The notes below the pieces were generated by a model that had not been told where the DNA came from, made no database searches, and saw nothing but the letters and a program-made list of their open reading frames with translations. Both the position numbers and the translations under genes were made by a program. From a virus: a DNA stretch of 64,000 nt. Below are positions 39,411 through 49,957 of the stretch, one piece after another; positions within the stretch are counted from its first letter, which is position 1; every line of letters begins with the position of its first letter. The DNA is taken from positions 3,725 to 67,724 of the IMG/VR virus record IMGVR_UViG_3300047157_000152, one strand, 5' to 3'.

Positions 39411-39444
39411 TAGTGAGGGGTCACTTCTGTGGCCCTTAACACTA
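39411..39444 (+). terminator. Intergenic hairpin (terminator or processing/stabilising stem)
   Basis: TAGTG.AGGGGTCAC-TTCT-GTGGCCCTT..CACTA; no clear T-tail. Confidence 0.45.
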
Positions 39445-39461
39445 TTAACTAAAATATTAAA

Positions 39462-40400
39462 ATGGCAATAAACGTAAATACTGTATATCAAACCGTTTTA
39501 TTAATACTAAATAAAGAACAGAGAGGTTACATGACACCTGTTGAGTTTAATAAAATAGGTGGACAAGTTCAATTAGAGATATTTGAAAAATATGCTGAAG
39601 ATATGAATCAGCAACTACGTGTGCCACAGATAGATCTAGACTACTCTGATAGACAAATAAATGTAGATGAAAAATTATCTATATTTAAAGAAATAGATAC
39701 CGCTACATACACAACAAGTGGTCATCAAATACCTTTCCAATACTCTGGAAATTCATCGACAACACAATCGTGGACGTCAACAACTAATCAACTTACATAT
39801 CCTTTAATAGGAGATTCAATTAGTTTTGCTGCAAAAAATGCTATTAGTAATGTTTTTGTAGACGAAATACAATATTCACCAGATCAATATACTGTAAGTG
39901 GTGGAAACTTAATATTAAACGGTACAGCGCCTCTTGCTGGCACTGCAGTTGTAATAAATTTATATAGTAAACAATTTTATAGACTTGGCACTGTTATATA
40001 TAGCGCTGGAGGAACGTTGCCAATACAAGAGCTGGAAAGAGTTGGTTCTAGTGAGCTTTATCATTTACTTAGTTCTAATTTAACTAAGCCAACAACTAAA
40101 TATCCTATATATACTTATAAAAATAATTATATAAATGTTTATCCTCAATCTATTGATTTTGGTATTTCAGTAAACTATTTAAGAAAACCTATACCACCAA
40201 TTTGGGGTATGAACAGTCAAATAACTACTAGTTATCAATTTCAACCAAGCGGTTCTATGAATTTTGAATTGCATAGTTCTGAACAAACAGAGTTGATATT
40301 AAAAATATTATTATACGCTGGGGTTGTTATTAGAGATCCTGAAATAGTAAAAGTTGCAGCTTCTCAAGTTCAACAACAAGAAATAAATCAAAAAAGCTAG
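39462..40400 (+). CDS. Tail ring / head-tail adaptor protein
   Basis: V.TVY..VL..LNKEQ.GY.TP.EFN...YLRKP..P.W pattern of crAss-like ring proteins; position. Confidence 0.65.
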   Translation: MAINVNTVYQTVLLILNKEQRGYMTPVEFNKIGGQVQLEIFEKYAEDMNQQLRVPQIDLDYSDRQINVDEKLSIFKEIDTATYTTSGHQIPFQYSGNSSTTQSWTSTTNQLTYPLIGDSISFAAKNAISNVFVDEIQYSPDQYTVSGGNLILNGTAPLAGTAVVINLYSKQFYRLGTVIYSAGGTLPIQELERVGSSELYHLLSSNLTKPTTKYPIYTYKNNYINVYPQSIDFGISVNYLRKPIPPIWGMNSQITTSYQFQPSGSMNFELHSSEQTELILKILLYAGVVIRDPEIVKVAASQVQQQEINQKS

Positions 40401-40403
40401 ATT

Positions 40404-41846
40404 ATGTCAATACCTAACGGAGGTTTAATAACCGAAACAAATAGACAATATTACGCTGGTGCACAGCAGTTTCAAGCAAAAGCTCAAACAGCTACTAACG
40501 TTCCCACTGATTATGTAGGTCAAACTTTTACTAGTACTTTTGATACTAATTTAACTTTTAGTAGCTCTGACAATGCTTCTAATGGTTTTAATTTAAATAA
40601 CTTTAAAATATTTACAAGTCCAGACGCAAATACTTGGACAGAATTATTACCCTCATCTGCTATAGCTAAAACAACTGGAACCAGTAATACTGCTTCTGCA
40701 ATTACACAAAAAAATATAACTATTGCAGCTGCAAACACGAGTGTTTTAGTAGGTATGACAGTGCTTTCAGCTACTGGAGCCTTTATAGGTATTATAGCTA
40801 GTGTTGCAGTTGGTAATCAAACATTCACATGTGTAAACAATTTAGCTGTTGCTATTTCTAATTTAGATGTATTAACTTTTAAATTAGTTCAACCGTATTC
40901 TGAGCTTAATAATATAATTACAATAAATGCTTCGTTGCCACCTAGTATATATGTTAAAATACAATTAAACGAAAATACTTTATGGGATAGCAATGGTAGT
41001 TATTCGTATACTAGGCTTGATGATGTTATTGATAATTTCTTAATAGCTTATGTAGGGGCTGGTAAACTTATACCTAGTATTAAAAGAACTGATGTTATAT
41101 TTCACGCTAAACGTGGTTTACAAGAATTTAGTTACGATACACTAAAAAGTATACGATCACAAGAATTAACAGTACCCTTAAGTTTAACACTAACTATACC
41201 TCAAGATTATGTTAACTATGTTAGGTTTTCGTGGATAGATCAAATGGGTGTACAACATACTATATACCCAGCCAACGAATTAACATTAAGGCCTTATGCT
41301 ACACCAACTCAAGCTGGAGATGGTAGTATAGTACAAGACAGTAATGACAACAACACGGAATTAACATCACAAACAGCAGAAGCTTGGAATTCTAATAATC
41401 CTAGAGCATTAAGTGGTGCATTTTTAAATGATTATAATGTGGCTGATTTGTATTGGCAAAATTATTATAACAATGCTTTAGGTCAAAGATATGGATTAAA
41501 CCCTGTTACTAGTCAAAGAAATGGCTGGTTTGTAGTAGATGATAGAAAAGGACAGTTTGGTTTTTCTAGTGATTTAAAAGAAAAATTAATTGTTGTAGAA
41601 TATGTTTCTGATGGCAATGCTTATGATCTTGATGCTAGAATACCTAAAATGGCAGAAGAAGCTTTGTATGCACATATAATATATTCTATATTATCAACAA
41701 GTGTAGGTGTTCAGGAGTACGTAGTACAAAGATTTAAAAAAGAAAGAAGTGCTAAATTAAGAAATGCTAAAATAAGATTATCTAATATTAAGCTAGACGA
41801 AATAGTTCAAGTGTTTAGAAATCAATCTAAATGGATTAAGTATTAA
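40404..41846 (+). CDS. Tail ring/tube protein with N-terminal insertion
   Basis: V.FHAKRGLQEFSYD, .PQDYVNYV, EY.SDG, IPK.AEEALY. Confidence 0.65.
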   Translation: MSIPNGGLITETNRQYYAGAQQFQAKAQTATNVPTDYVGQTFTSTFDTNLTFSSSDNASNGFNLNNFKIFTSPDANTWTELLPSSAIAKTTGTSNTASAITQKNITIAAANTSVLVGMTVLSATGAFIGIIASVAVGNQTFTCVNNLAVAISNLDVLTFKLVQPYSELNNIITINASLPPSIYVKIQLNENTLWDSNGSYSYTRLDDVIDNFLIAYVGAGKLIPSIKRTDVIFHAKRGLQEFSYDTLKSIRSQELTVPLSLTLTIPQDYVNYVRFSWIDQMGVQHTIYPANELTLRPYATPTQAGDGSIVQDSNDNNTELTSQTAEAWNSNNPRALSGAFLNDYNVADLYWQNYYNNALGQRYGLNPVTSQRNGWFVVDDRKGQFGFSSDLKEKLIVVEYVSDGNAYDLDARIPKMAEEALYAHIIYSILSTSVGVQEYVVQRFKKERSAKLRNAKIRLSNIKLDEIVQVFRNQSKWIKY

Positions 41847-41857
41847 AAAATTATAAA

Positions 41858-42232
41858 ATGAAAACTACAAGAATTAAAACAAGCCCAGTTAATCAAGGGC
41901 AGAAAAGTTCAAAAAAAGAACAGGCTAGAAAAGCCATGCAAGACATAGGTGATAAAACACCTGTGAAAGATAAGTTAGTTGGAGGATCAGGTGCTTTTGG
42001 ACTAATTGGAGGCTCAGGCGTTAAAGCTGCAAAAGGAGCGATTAAAACAATAAAAAATCTTTTGACACGAGGAAGTAAACCTAAAAATATTGGTGGATTT
42101 AGAGAATTTGCAGACCCAAAACTAAGAAATCATTTCAACCCAACAAAAACCCCTAAATCAAAACCTGTTGATTTTAAAGGACCTAATCCAGCTCATAATA
42201 TAGGTGCTGGTGGAAATAGTTATCCACGATAA
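41858..42232 (+). CDS. Small basic G/K-rich protein
   Basis: ORF track; TSPVNQ motif. Confidence 0.6.
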   Translation: MKTTRIKTSPVNQGQKSSKKEQARKAMQDIGDKTPVKDKLVGGSGAFGLIGGSGVKAAKGAIKTIKNLLTRGSKPKNIGGFREFADPKLRNHFNPTKTPKSKPVDFKGPNPAHNIGAGGNSYPR

Positions 42233-42246
42233 ATATATATATATAA

Positions 42247-45200
42247 ATGGCTGAAATTAAAAACAGTTTTCTAAAATCCAAGATGAATAAAGACTTGGAT
42301 GATAGGCTTATTCCTAACGGTGAGTATAGAGATGCAAGAAATATATCTGTAGGAAAATCTGAAGATGATGATATAGGTGCGTTAGAAAACATATTAGGTA
42401 ATACTTTGGTTCCAGATACTAACGTAGGCGAGGTTGAAGTTATAGGTTACTTGAAAGATGATAATTCAAACACTATTTATTTATTTTTAACTAACAGTGC
42501 TTCACAACATTATATATATAAATATTTTAACAATTCATATATTAGACTAGTTGAAGGAGCTTTTTTAAACTTTAGTAATCAAAACTATATAACAGGTGTT
42601 AATTTAGTAGAAAACTTATTGTTCTGGACAGATAATAGAAATCAACCTAGAAAAATAAATGTTACAGCAACACCTCCGGTTGTTAACCAAACAACAGGTT
42701 TAACAACTACGCCTGGTTATTATACTAGAGAAAATCAAATATCAGTTGCCAAGTATAATCCATACGAAACTATAGAGTTATTAAAGAAAACAACAAGTGT
42801 TGTTGCTTCTTCAAGCTCTTCAACAACTATAACTTTATCAGCAGCTAATACTGCTATAAAAAAAGGCATGAGTATAATAGGGCCAAGTATTTTGGCTAAT
42901 AAATATGTGTATGTAACCAATGTTGTTGGAACAGCAGTAACAATTAATGTAGCCGCAACCGTAGCTACAAATGATGTTTTAACTTTTATCAGTACAACAA
43001 TGACAGGTAAAGATATTACCTATGATTTTAATAATGGTAATGATTGGCCAGGTGATCCTGATTTTCTTCAAGATTTGTTTGTTAGGTTTAGTTACAGGTT
43101 TAAGTTTGATGACCAAGAATACTCTTTAATGGCACCATTTAGCCAGCCAACCTTTATACCACAACAAAAAGGTTATTTTTTAAGTGGAGATGAAGACGCA
43201 GCATATAGAAGTACTATATTAGATTTTATGCAAAATGGAGTTCAAAATGTAGAATTACTAATACCACTTCCAGATACAGAAGCAAATTGCGGTCCACACG
43301 TTTCAGCAACTTATAAAATTATAGAAATAGACATATTATACAAAGAGTCAGATGCTCGATCAGTTAAAGTCTTAGACACTGTAAAAATTGAAACCTTAAC
43401 TTCTAATTCTAATATTTTTACTTACAACTATCAGTCTAGAAAACCTTACAAAACTTTACCAGAAAGACAAACTATTAGAGTTTATGACAAAGTTCCTGTA
43501 AAAGCTTTTTCACAGGAGGTTTCTGGAAATAGGGTTATGTATGGAAATTTTAGAAACCAACACACTCCACCTGCTTTTTTAAATTATAACGTTGGTGCAA
43601 GTGGAAAAAATACAACTATATTTGAAAATTGGGCTGAATACCCCAACCATACTTTAAAACAAAATAGAAATTATCAAGTTGGTTTTATATTAGCTGATAA
43701 ATTTGGTAGACAATCGTCTGTTATTCTTTCCTCTGTAGATCCAACCGGCCAAACAGTTAGTGGTGATTTTTTCGGTGGATCAACTTTTTATCACCCATAC
43801 ACTTCTGCTGGTCAAAATCTCAATGAATGGTTTGGCGACGCTTTAAAGGTTGTTATAAACGAAGCTATAAGCTCTTCTGTAAATGCTGATGGTGAAGGTG
43901 CACCTGGTCTATACGCTGACGCTAGAGGTAATGGCTTTAACATGTCTGTTTTATATTTAATAAACGATGAAGTAACTATACCCGTATTAAATACAGCTGG
44001 TTATGAATATAGGTTTAGAATTACAGGAAGTGCTAGCTACATACCAGCTGTTAACGAATACTTAAGAGGTGAATACACTGATTTTGTTAAAGTTGAAAAA
44101 GTAGATGCAACATCAGCTCCAGATTATAAGGTTTATACAAAGCAACCTATAAATAATTATTTATATTCTACTAATTCACTTAACACTCCAGACACTAAAT
44201 ATGCATATATAATACAAAACATTACTGGTTGGTATTCTTATAAAGTTGTTGTTAAACAACAAGAGCAAGAGTATTATAACTGTTATTTACCAGGGTTTTT
44301 AAATGGTTATCCGGATCACGGCGGAACATCACCTTATCCTACAAATGAAAATAATAAAACCGCTCACGTTGTTTTACTTAATGATAATATAAATAAAATA
44401 CCTAGAGATTTAAACGAAACCTCTGATCAACAAAAGCAATTTAGAAGTTCTATTAGATTATATGGTAGAGTAAATAACACAGCAACAGACAATGTTCAAT
44501 ATTTTCCAGTAAGCACAAGTGGTACTCAAACGCTACCATTAAGCATGACAGCTGATACAATTGCTACAGCTGTAGACTTAAACATGGGTTTCACTGAGTT
44601 GTCAAACGCAGGTAAAGATAATTTTTATCAATTAGATACAAATCCTTTAATAAGTAGATTAGCTGCTTCTAACGTAGGAACAACTAGCATAGGTGTTTTA
44701 ACAGCGGGTTTAACAACACCTTTTCTTTCTATTGCAGAAACAGAACCTGTTGAAAGCTTGTTGCAATTGTTTTATGAAACATCTACAGCTGGTTTAATTG
44801 CTGATTTAAATGCTGACATAAACACTGGTTTTGATGGTGTAGCTGGTCTTTCAGCAGTAGGTTATTCACATTTTGAAAACATGGCTGCTAACTCAGATAT
44901 ATCAGGGGTGTTTAGACCTCAAAACAATCAAGGTAGTGATTTTTTAAATACACAAATACAAAATGTTATAATGACTGTTACAGATTCTAATGGAACTAGA
45001 GCTTCTGGTAATATAAATTTAGATCCAAATCTAAGTAATGGTTTTACAGGAGATTTTAAACTAGTAACATCAGGGACTGGATATAAAATACAAACAGCAG
45101 TAAATACTTTTGTTTTTTCTAATGCTGGTTTTGATTTAAATAAAAATTCTTTAGAAACCTATAACTTTAACTTTACTTGGACAACAGTAGCTAATTCAGG

Positions 45201-46584
45201 TGGTGATACTAGTTCAACACCTTTTACTGGAAGCTTAACTAACAATGATCCTATTTTTACAGACTGGACTTCAGGCGCAAGCTTACCACCTGTAACAGTT
45301 AGTGTTGGTGATAATACCGGTGTTACCAGAGGAGCCAACAATGGTTCAGCAACAAGCAATACAAGCCAAATAAAGTATAGTATAGTATCTCAATCACCAG
45401 GTTCTTATTTTTCTATAGCTGATCCTTCTGTTGGAGTTGTTACAAAAAGTACAACAACACCACTAGGTGTTTATACTTTAAACTTAAAAGCTGAAGATGC
45501 TGTTGTAGGTGGTGTAATACAAAATGGTTCATTAAGTGTTACTAAACAACAGGTAATTACAGTTGGTGCATTACAAATGAATACAAGCTCTAAATCAGGT
45601 TGTGAATCTAGTATTGTTCCTTCTCAAGGTATACCACCTATGTTTGGTGCTGTAGTACCACTTTCCGCAACTCAATCACAACCTCAAAGAGCAATATGGT
45701 ATATAGCTAATGGAACTTTTACTAGCTCTAGTCCTGCTTCTGGTTATGCTTTAACAGATTTACCAGTTCAACCATCAACTAGCACTAATGACTCAAACTT
45801 TTTATTTAGATTAGGAACGCCAAACAGCTCTGCTTTATCTGTGGGAACTGTTGTGTTTTCTTGTAACATGCAGCAGAAATATTCTAGCGGATCATCTGCT
45901 CCTAGGTCTGGTTCAAAAGTTCAATGGAAAGTTTATCACAGAGATAATGCCTCTGATGCAACATGGAGTCAATTAGCTGATATAAATAATTCTAACATTA
46001 TTGCTGATGCGGAATTAATAAACAACAACTCTAATACTACTAAATATGCTTCAACAGCTTTTGCTTTTGACACAGTTGGTGAATACCTTATTGTTGCTGA
46101 AAACGCTTACCATACCTATGCTGGTACCTTTGCTGATTCATTAATCCTATGGGTTAATTCAGATGACTTATACTATGGCTCCTGTGTGGTTGAAAATGGT
46201 TTACCAATAACCGCACCATACTCTAATCCAACAGCTTGGCATTATGAAATATCTAGTCAACAAACAACTTATGGTTGTTACGCTACTAGCACAGACAGAT
46301 ATGCTCCAATGGCTTACGCAGAATATGTTGATATATTTTACTTAAACAGTACATTATCTTCACCAGCTAATGGTTCGACACATAACTATCCTAACTTCTT
46401 CGGTTTTGATGCTGCTTTTGGTAAACCTTTTGATCAGGTAAAAGTTTCAGCAAAATTTGATGCGGGTGGTATTAAAATAAGTGGAGATCCAAATACGTGT
46501 AGTGATAAACTAGCTAGACCTTGTTCCTCTACTCCACTACCTGTTTGTTCTAGACCTGTACCAGGTGCTATAGGTTGGTTGTAA
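42247..46584 (+). CDS. Tail stabilisation/nozzle protein (N-terminal part)
   Basis: KMNKDLDDRL.PNGEYRDA.N, LLFWTDN.NQPRKIN, RFSYRFKF.D.EYS typical of crAss-like stabilisation proteins. Confidence 0.78.
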   Translation: MAEIKNSFLKSKMNKDLDDRLIPNGEYRDARNISVGKSEDDDIGALENILGNTLVPDTNVGEVEVIGYLKDDNSNTIYLFLTNSASQHYIYKYFNNSYIRLVEGAFLNFSNQNYITGVNLVENLLFWTDNRNQPRKINVTATPPVVNQTTGLTTTPGYYTRENQISVAKYNPYETIELLKKTTSVVASSSSSTTITLSAANTAIKKGMSIIGPSILANKYVYVTNVVGTAVTINVAATVATNDVLTFISTTMTGKDITYDFNNGNDWPGDPDFLQDLFVRFSYRFKFDDQEYSLMAPFSQPTFIPQQKGYFLSGDEDAAYRSTILDFMQNGVQNVELLIPLPDTEANCGPHVSATYKIIEIDILYKESDARSVKVLDTVKIETLTSNSNIFTYNYQSRKPYKTLPERQTIRVYDKVPVKAFSQEVSGNRVMYGNFRNQHTPPAFLNYNVGASGKNTTIFENWAEYPNHTLKQNRNYQVGFILADKFGRQSSVILSSVDPTGQTVSGDFFGGSTFYHPYTSAGQNLNEWFGDALKVVINEAISSSVNADGEGAPGLYADARGNGFNMSVLYLINDEVTIPVLNTAGYEYRFRITGSASYIPAVNEYLRGEYTDFVKVEKVDATSAPDYKVYTKQPINNYLYSTNSLNTPDTKYAYIIQNITGWYSYKVVVKQQEQEYYNCYLPGFLNGYPDHGGTSPYPTNENNKTAHVVLLNDNINKIPRDLNETSDQQKQFRSSIRLYGRVNNTATDNVQYFPVSTSGTQTLPLSMTADTIATAVDLNMGFTELSNAGKDNFYQLDTNPLISRLAASNVGTTSIGVLTAGLTTPFLSIAETEPVESLLQLFYETSTAGLIADLNADINTGFDGVAGLSAVGYSHFENMAANSDISGVFRPQNNQGSDFLNTQIQNVIMTVTDSNGTRASGNINLDPNLSNGFTGDFKLVTSGTGYKIQTAVNTFVFSNAGFDLNKNSLETYNFNFTWTTVANSGGDTSSTPFTGSLTNNDPIFTDWTSGASLPPVTVSVGDNTGVTRGANNGSATSNTSQIKYSIVSQSPGSYFSIADPSVGVVTKSTTTPLGVYTLNLKAEDAVVGGVIQNGSLSVTKQQVITVGALQMNTSSKSGCESSIVPSQGIPPMFGAVVPLSATQSQPQRAIWYIANGTFTSSSPASGYALTDLPVQPSTSTNDSNFLFRLGTPNSSALSVGTVVFSCNMQQKYSSGSSAPRSGSKVQWKVYHRDNASDATWSQLADINNSNIIADAELINNNSNTTKYASTAFAFDTVGEYLIVAENAYHTYAGTFADSLILWVNSDDLYYGSCVVENGLPITAPYSNPTAWHYEISSQQTTYGCYATSTDRYAPMAYAEYVDIFYLNSTLSSPANGSTHNYPNFFGFDAAFGKPFDQVKVSAKFDAGGIKISGDPNTCSDKLARPCSSTPLPVCSRPVPGAIGWL

Positions 46585-46616
46585 TAATAACAAAAAATAA
46601 GTGATAATAAAATAAT

Positions 46617-48008
46617 ATGGCTGCTACTTTAGAATTAAAATATTTTAACTCATATTGGTTGAAGAAAATATCAAGTGTTGTAGATGCAAATCCTCAGCCA
46701 ACACCGCCATATGACGTTATACCTGGTGGTAATGCTAACGCAACACCTCCTGTTATACCTTTTGTAGCTTCTAACGCTAATGATTGGTTTATTGAAGAGT
46801 CTAGAATTAGAGGAGGTTATAACAATACATCTACAGATATAGGTGTAAAAGCTCACATAGTAGAAGATAACCCAAGTCAACAGTTAAGATTTAGTTCATT
46901 GATATACTCAGGTGTTTTAAATTCTAGGACAGGTATTAATCAAACAAATGAGTTTTCAGTTGGTGAAGATATAACAAGATCACTAGACCCAGCAAATGGT
47001 CAAATAATTAAGCTACACGCTGAAGATACTAATCTAATAATATTTCAAGAAGACAAGGTAAGTAGAGCGTTAATAGATAAAGATGCTATATACACAGCTG
47101 AAGGAACTGCATTGACAACATCTGGCAGAATTGTTATAGGTCAAGTTGTTTCATTTCCTGGTAAATATGGTATAGCTACAGATCCATTTAGTTTTGCTGT
47201 ATATGGTTATAGAAAATATTTTACAGACAGAAAACGTGGATGCGTGTTAAGGTTAACAACTCAAGGAGATATTGTAGAAATATCTGGTTTTGGTATGCAT
47301 GATTTTTTTAGAGATGAGTTAACAGGTATAAATAATCAAACTGGAAATGCTGAACCTGTACAAAAAATAGTTGGTGGGTGGGATAATCATACTAAAAACT
47401 ATGTACTATCAATACAAAAGGTTAATGGTCAATATAGCACGTTAAGCTTTGATGAAGGTGTACAAGGTTGGACTAGTTTCTTTGATTTTAAACCAAGTTT
47501 TATGTTTAGTTTAACTTCAACTTTTTTCTCTACTAACAGCGGTAAGCTTTATAGCCATTATGGAAGTAGTGCACATGGGCGTTTTTATGATGCACCTAAC
47601 AACGTGTTTCCATCAACAGTAAAAGTTGTGTTAAATGGTTCTCCATCAACAGTTAAAGTTTTTAAAACAATTAACTACGAAGGTAATAATGATTGGACTG
47701 TTTCAAGCGTTGTAGCAAGTTCTGGAGACATAGCTCAAGTACCTATTGCTAAATATGGAGATGTTCCAACTAGTCTAGTTGCTTTAGAAAATGAAATGTT
47801 TATTAATAAGTTTAAAAGAAAAGAAAATAAATACTTTGCTAATCTTATAAATAGTTCACCAGCAACACCCGGTGAAATACTTTTTGGTGCAAGTATGACA
47901 GGTGTAAAAGGATTTTTTACAACCTTTGACTTTAGCTTAGATAATAGTATAAACCAAAAAAGAGAATTATTTGCAGTATCATCTGAAACTGTAGAATCAT
48001 CATATTAA
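46617..48008 (+). CDS. Tail stabilisation/nozzle protein (C-terminal part as separate gene)
   Basis: IYSG..NSRTG.N.TN.F, FQEDKV, YFTD.KRG.VLRL, GWTSF, K.FKTINYEG. Confidence 0.72.
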   Translation: MAATLELKYFNSYWLKKISSVVDANPQPTPPYDVIPGGNANATPPVIPFVASNANDWFIEESRIRGGYNNTSTDIGVKAHIVEDNPSQQLRFSSLIYSGVLNSRTGINQTNEFSVGEDITRSLDPANGQIIKLHAEDTNLIIFQEDKVSRALIDKDAIYTAEGTALTTSGRIVIGQVVSFPGKYGIATDPFSFAVYGYRKYFTDRKRGCVLRLTTQGDIVEISGFGMHDFFRDELTGINNQTGNAEPVQKIVGGWDNHTKNYVLSIQKVNGQYSTLSFDEGVQGWTSFFDFKPSFMFSLTSTFFSTNSGKLYSHYGSSAHGRFYDAPNNVFPSTVKVVLNGSPSTVKVFKTINYEGNNDWTVSSVVASSGDIAQVPIAKYGDVPTSLVALENEMFINKFKRKENKYFANLINSSPATPGEILFGASMTGVKGFFTTFDFSLDNSINQKRELFAVSSETVESSY

Positions 48009-48014
48009 AAGATT

Positions 48015-48863
48015 ATGGAAGAAGTTTTAAATATATTATACGAATTTTTATTTGCCGCGCCAGAAGGTGTTGTAATGGCGGTTATAGATCCTTTTACTGC
48101 CGCAGCAGTAATTGGAGGAGTAGGTAAGGTTATCGGCGGATTATTCGGGGGTGGTAGAGCTAGAAGAGCAGCTAGAAGAGCAAGACAGGAAAAAAACAGA
48201 CTGACAGGTGAATTAAAAAGTTTAGAAAATGGTAGACAACCACTAATAAATCCGTATTCTAATACTAAAGATTTAAGTTCTTTAGCTACAGATTTAAGTG
48301 GTGGACTTAGTAATCCTTACGGGAATTTAAGTGTAGCTACAGGTGCTTCTAAAATGCAAGCTGAAGAAGCGGATTTATCTTTAGCTAACACATTAGATAC
48401 TTTAAGATCTACAGGTGCTAGTGCTGGAGGTGCTACCGCGTTGGCTCAAGCCGCTTTACAAAGTAAAAAAGGTATTGCTGCTAATATAGAACAACAAGAG
48501 GCTGCTAATGAAAAAATGAGAGCTCAAGGTCAGCAATACTTAGAACAAGCTAAGTTTTCTGAAGGACAAAGATTACAGGGTATTGCTATATCAGAAGGAA
48601 AAAGAACGCAAGCTGCGGAATCAGCTGGTAGAGCTTTTAAATTTAATGCTCAAGAAAAAAGAAAAGACGCTCAACTAGCTTTTACTAGGCAGCAAATAAC
48701 TGGAGAAAAACAAAGAGAAACCAACGCATATAATCAAGAAACCCAAGCGTTGATGGGTGCTATAAGTGGTGGAACAGGTTTAGCAGCTATAGGAGGCGCT
48801 TCTGCTTTTGGGGCAACAGATGATCAGATGCAGGCTATATCTAAAGGTGTAATGAAAATTTAA
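48015..48863 (+). CDS. Putative ejection/DNA pilot protein
   Basis: G/A-rich hydrophobic N-terminus, Q/A-rich coiled coil, position after tail genes. Confidence 0.6.
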   Translation: MEEVLNILYEFLFAAPEGVVMAVIDPFTAAAVIGGVGKVIGGLFGGGRARRAARRARQEKNRLTGELKSLENGRQPLINPYSNTKDLSSLATDLSGGLSNPYGNLSVATGASKMQAEEADLSLANTLDTLRSTGASAGGATALAQAALQSKKGIAANIEQQEAANEKMRAQGQQYLEQAKFSEGQRLQGIAISEGKRTQAAESAGRAFKFNAQEKRKDAQLAFTRQQITGEKQRETNAYNQETQALMGAISGGTGLAAIGGASAFGATDDQMQAISKGVMKI

Positions 48864-48874
48864 GAATTAAAAAC

Positions 48875-49948
48875 ATGTCAATAAAAGATAAATTAATAGA
48901 AAATCAAAAGATAAACAAACAAATAAAGTTTGCTATATCAGAGCTCCAATCAAAACTTTCTTATGAATTAGGTTATAGTGATAATAAAGTAGAACCAATT
49001 GACTATGCAGCGTTATTTGATCCATATGTTAAGCTTTATGCTGATATTCAATTATCACTTGATCAAGGTACGAATGAAGATCCTGTAGAGGCTAGACGTT
49101 TAGTTAATTTAATCACAGGAAGTGTTGAAACAGTTAAAATAGGTTTAGAAAACATAATAAGCAATACAGAGGTTTGGAACGAAATGGTTCAAAAAGCAGG
49201 TGTTATGGGTGGTTTAGACATGATGGGAACACCTGTAAGCAGGTTTTTATCGTTAAGCATATTAAATGGTGATTTAGGTGGTAAAGTTGAAATAAAAGCA
49301 ATAGACAACAGTTTAAATAAAATTGCTTGGGAGATTTATGAAAAAGATGGTACTTTTGTTGAAAGAATTTATTTAAATAAACTAAATGAATTATCAGAAA
49401 ATCAAGACATGTTTGTAACTATACCTAGTAGGTTAGAGGAAAATGAAAACTTTAAGTTGTCTAATCCAGATATATTTGAACAAGAAAAAGTTGGTAGTGA
49501 TGAAAGCAATATTGTTTTAACTGGTGGTGTTACAGAGGTTTATAGAGAAAAAAAATCCGATGGCCAGTTAAATATTGTATCAAAAGATTTAAAAGGTGGT
49601 ATGGTTCAAGATTTTTACATTATTGATAAAAAAGCTATAGGCGATAGTTTACAGTTCAATCTTCAAATGGATAAAATTAGTGCTGGTCTACTCGAAGAGT
49701 TTCAAAGTTTTGATCAAGTAATTGCTTTTAATAATAATATTATAGCTAAAGTAACAGATTATTATCTTCAACCAGCTAAAGCTTTAAAAGATAATCAACA
49801 GAAAAAGTTTCAAGAAGATTACAAAAAATGGTATTTAGAAACTGAAATAGGTAAAGAATTCCCCTTAGGCGAACCAAGATTAAAAGCTGAAGCTGCAATT
49901 AAAGATGCTGATGAAGCGGTTAGCGAAGTTACTGAACAATTAGTTTAA
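48875..49948 (+). CDS. Putative internal virion protein
   Basis: ORF track; position among ejection genes. Confidence 0.55.
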   Translation: MSIKDKLIENQKINKQIKFAISELQSKLSYELGYSDNKVEPIDYAALFDPYVKLYADIQLSLDQGTNEDPVEARRLVNLITGSVETVKIGLENIISNTEVWNEMVQKAGVMGGLDMMGTPVSRFLSLSILNGDLGGKVEIKAIDNSLNKIAWEIYEKDGTFVERIYLNKLNELSENQDMFVTIPSRLEENENFKLSNPDIFEQEKVGSDESNIVLTGGVTEVYREKKSDGQLNIVSKDLKGGMVQDFYIIDKKAIGDSLQFNLQMDKISAGLLEEFQSFDQVIAFNNNIIAKVTDYYLQPAKALKDNQQKKFQEDYKKWYLETEIGKEFPLGEPRLKAEAAIKDADEAVSEVTEQLV

Positions 49949-49957
49949 ATTTAATAT

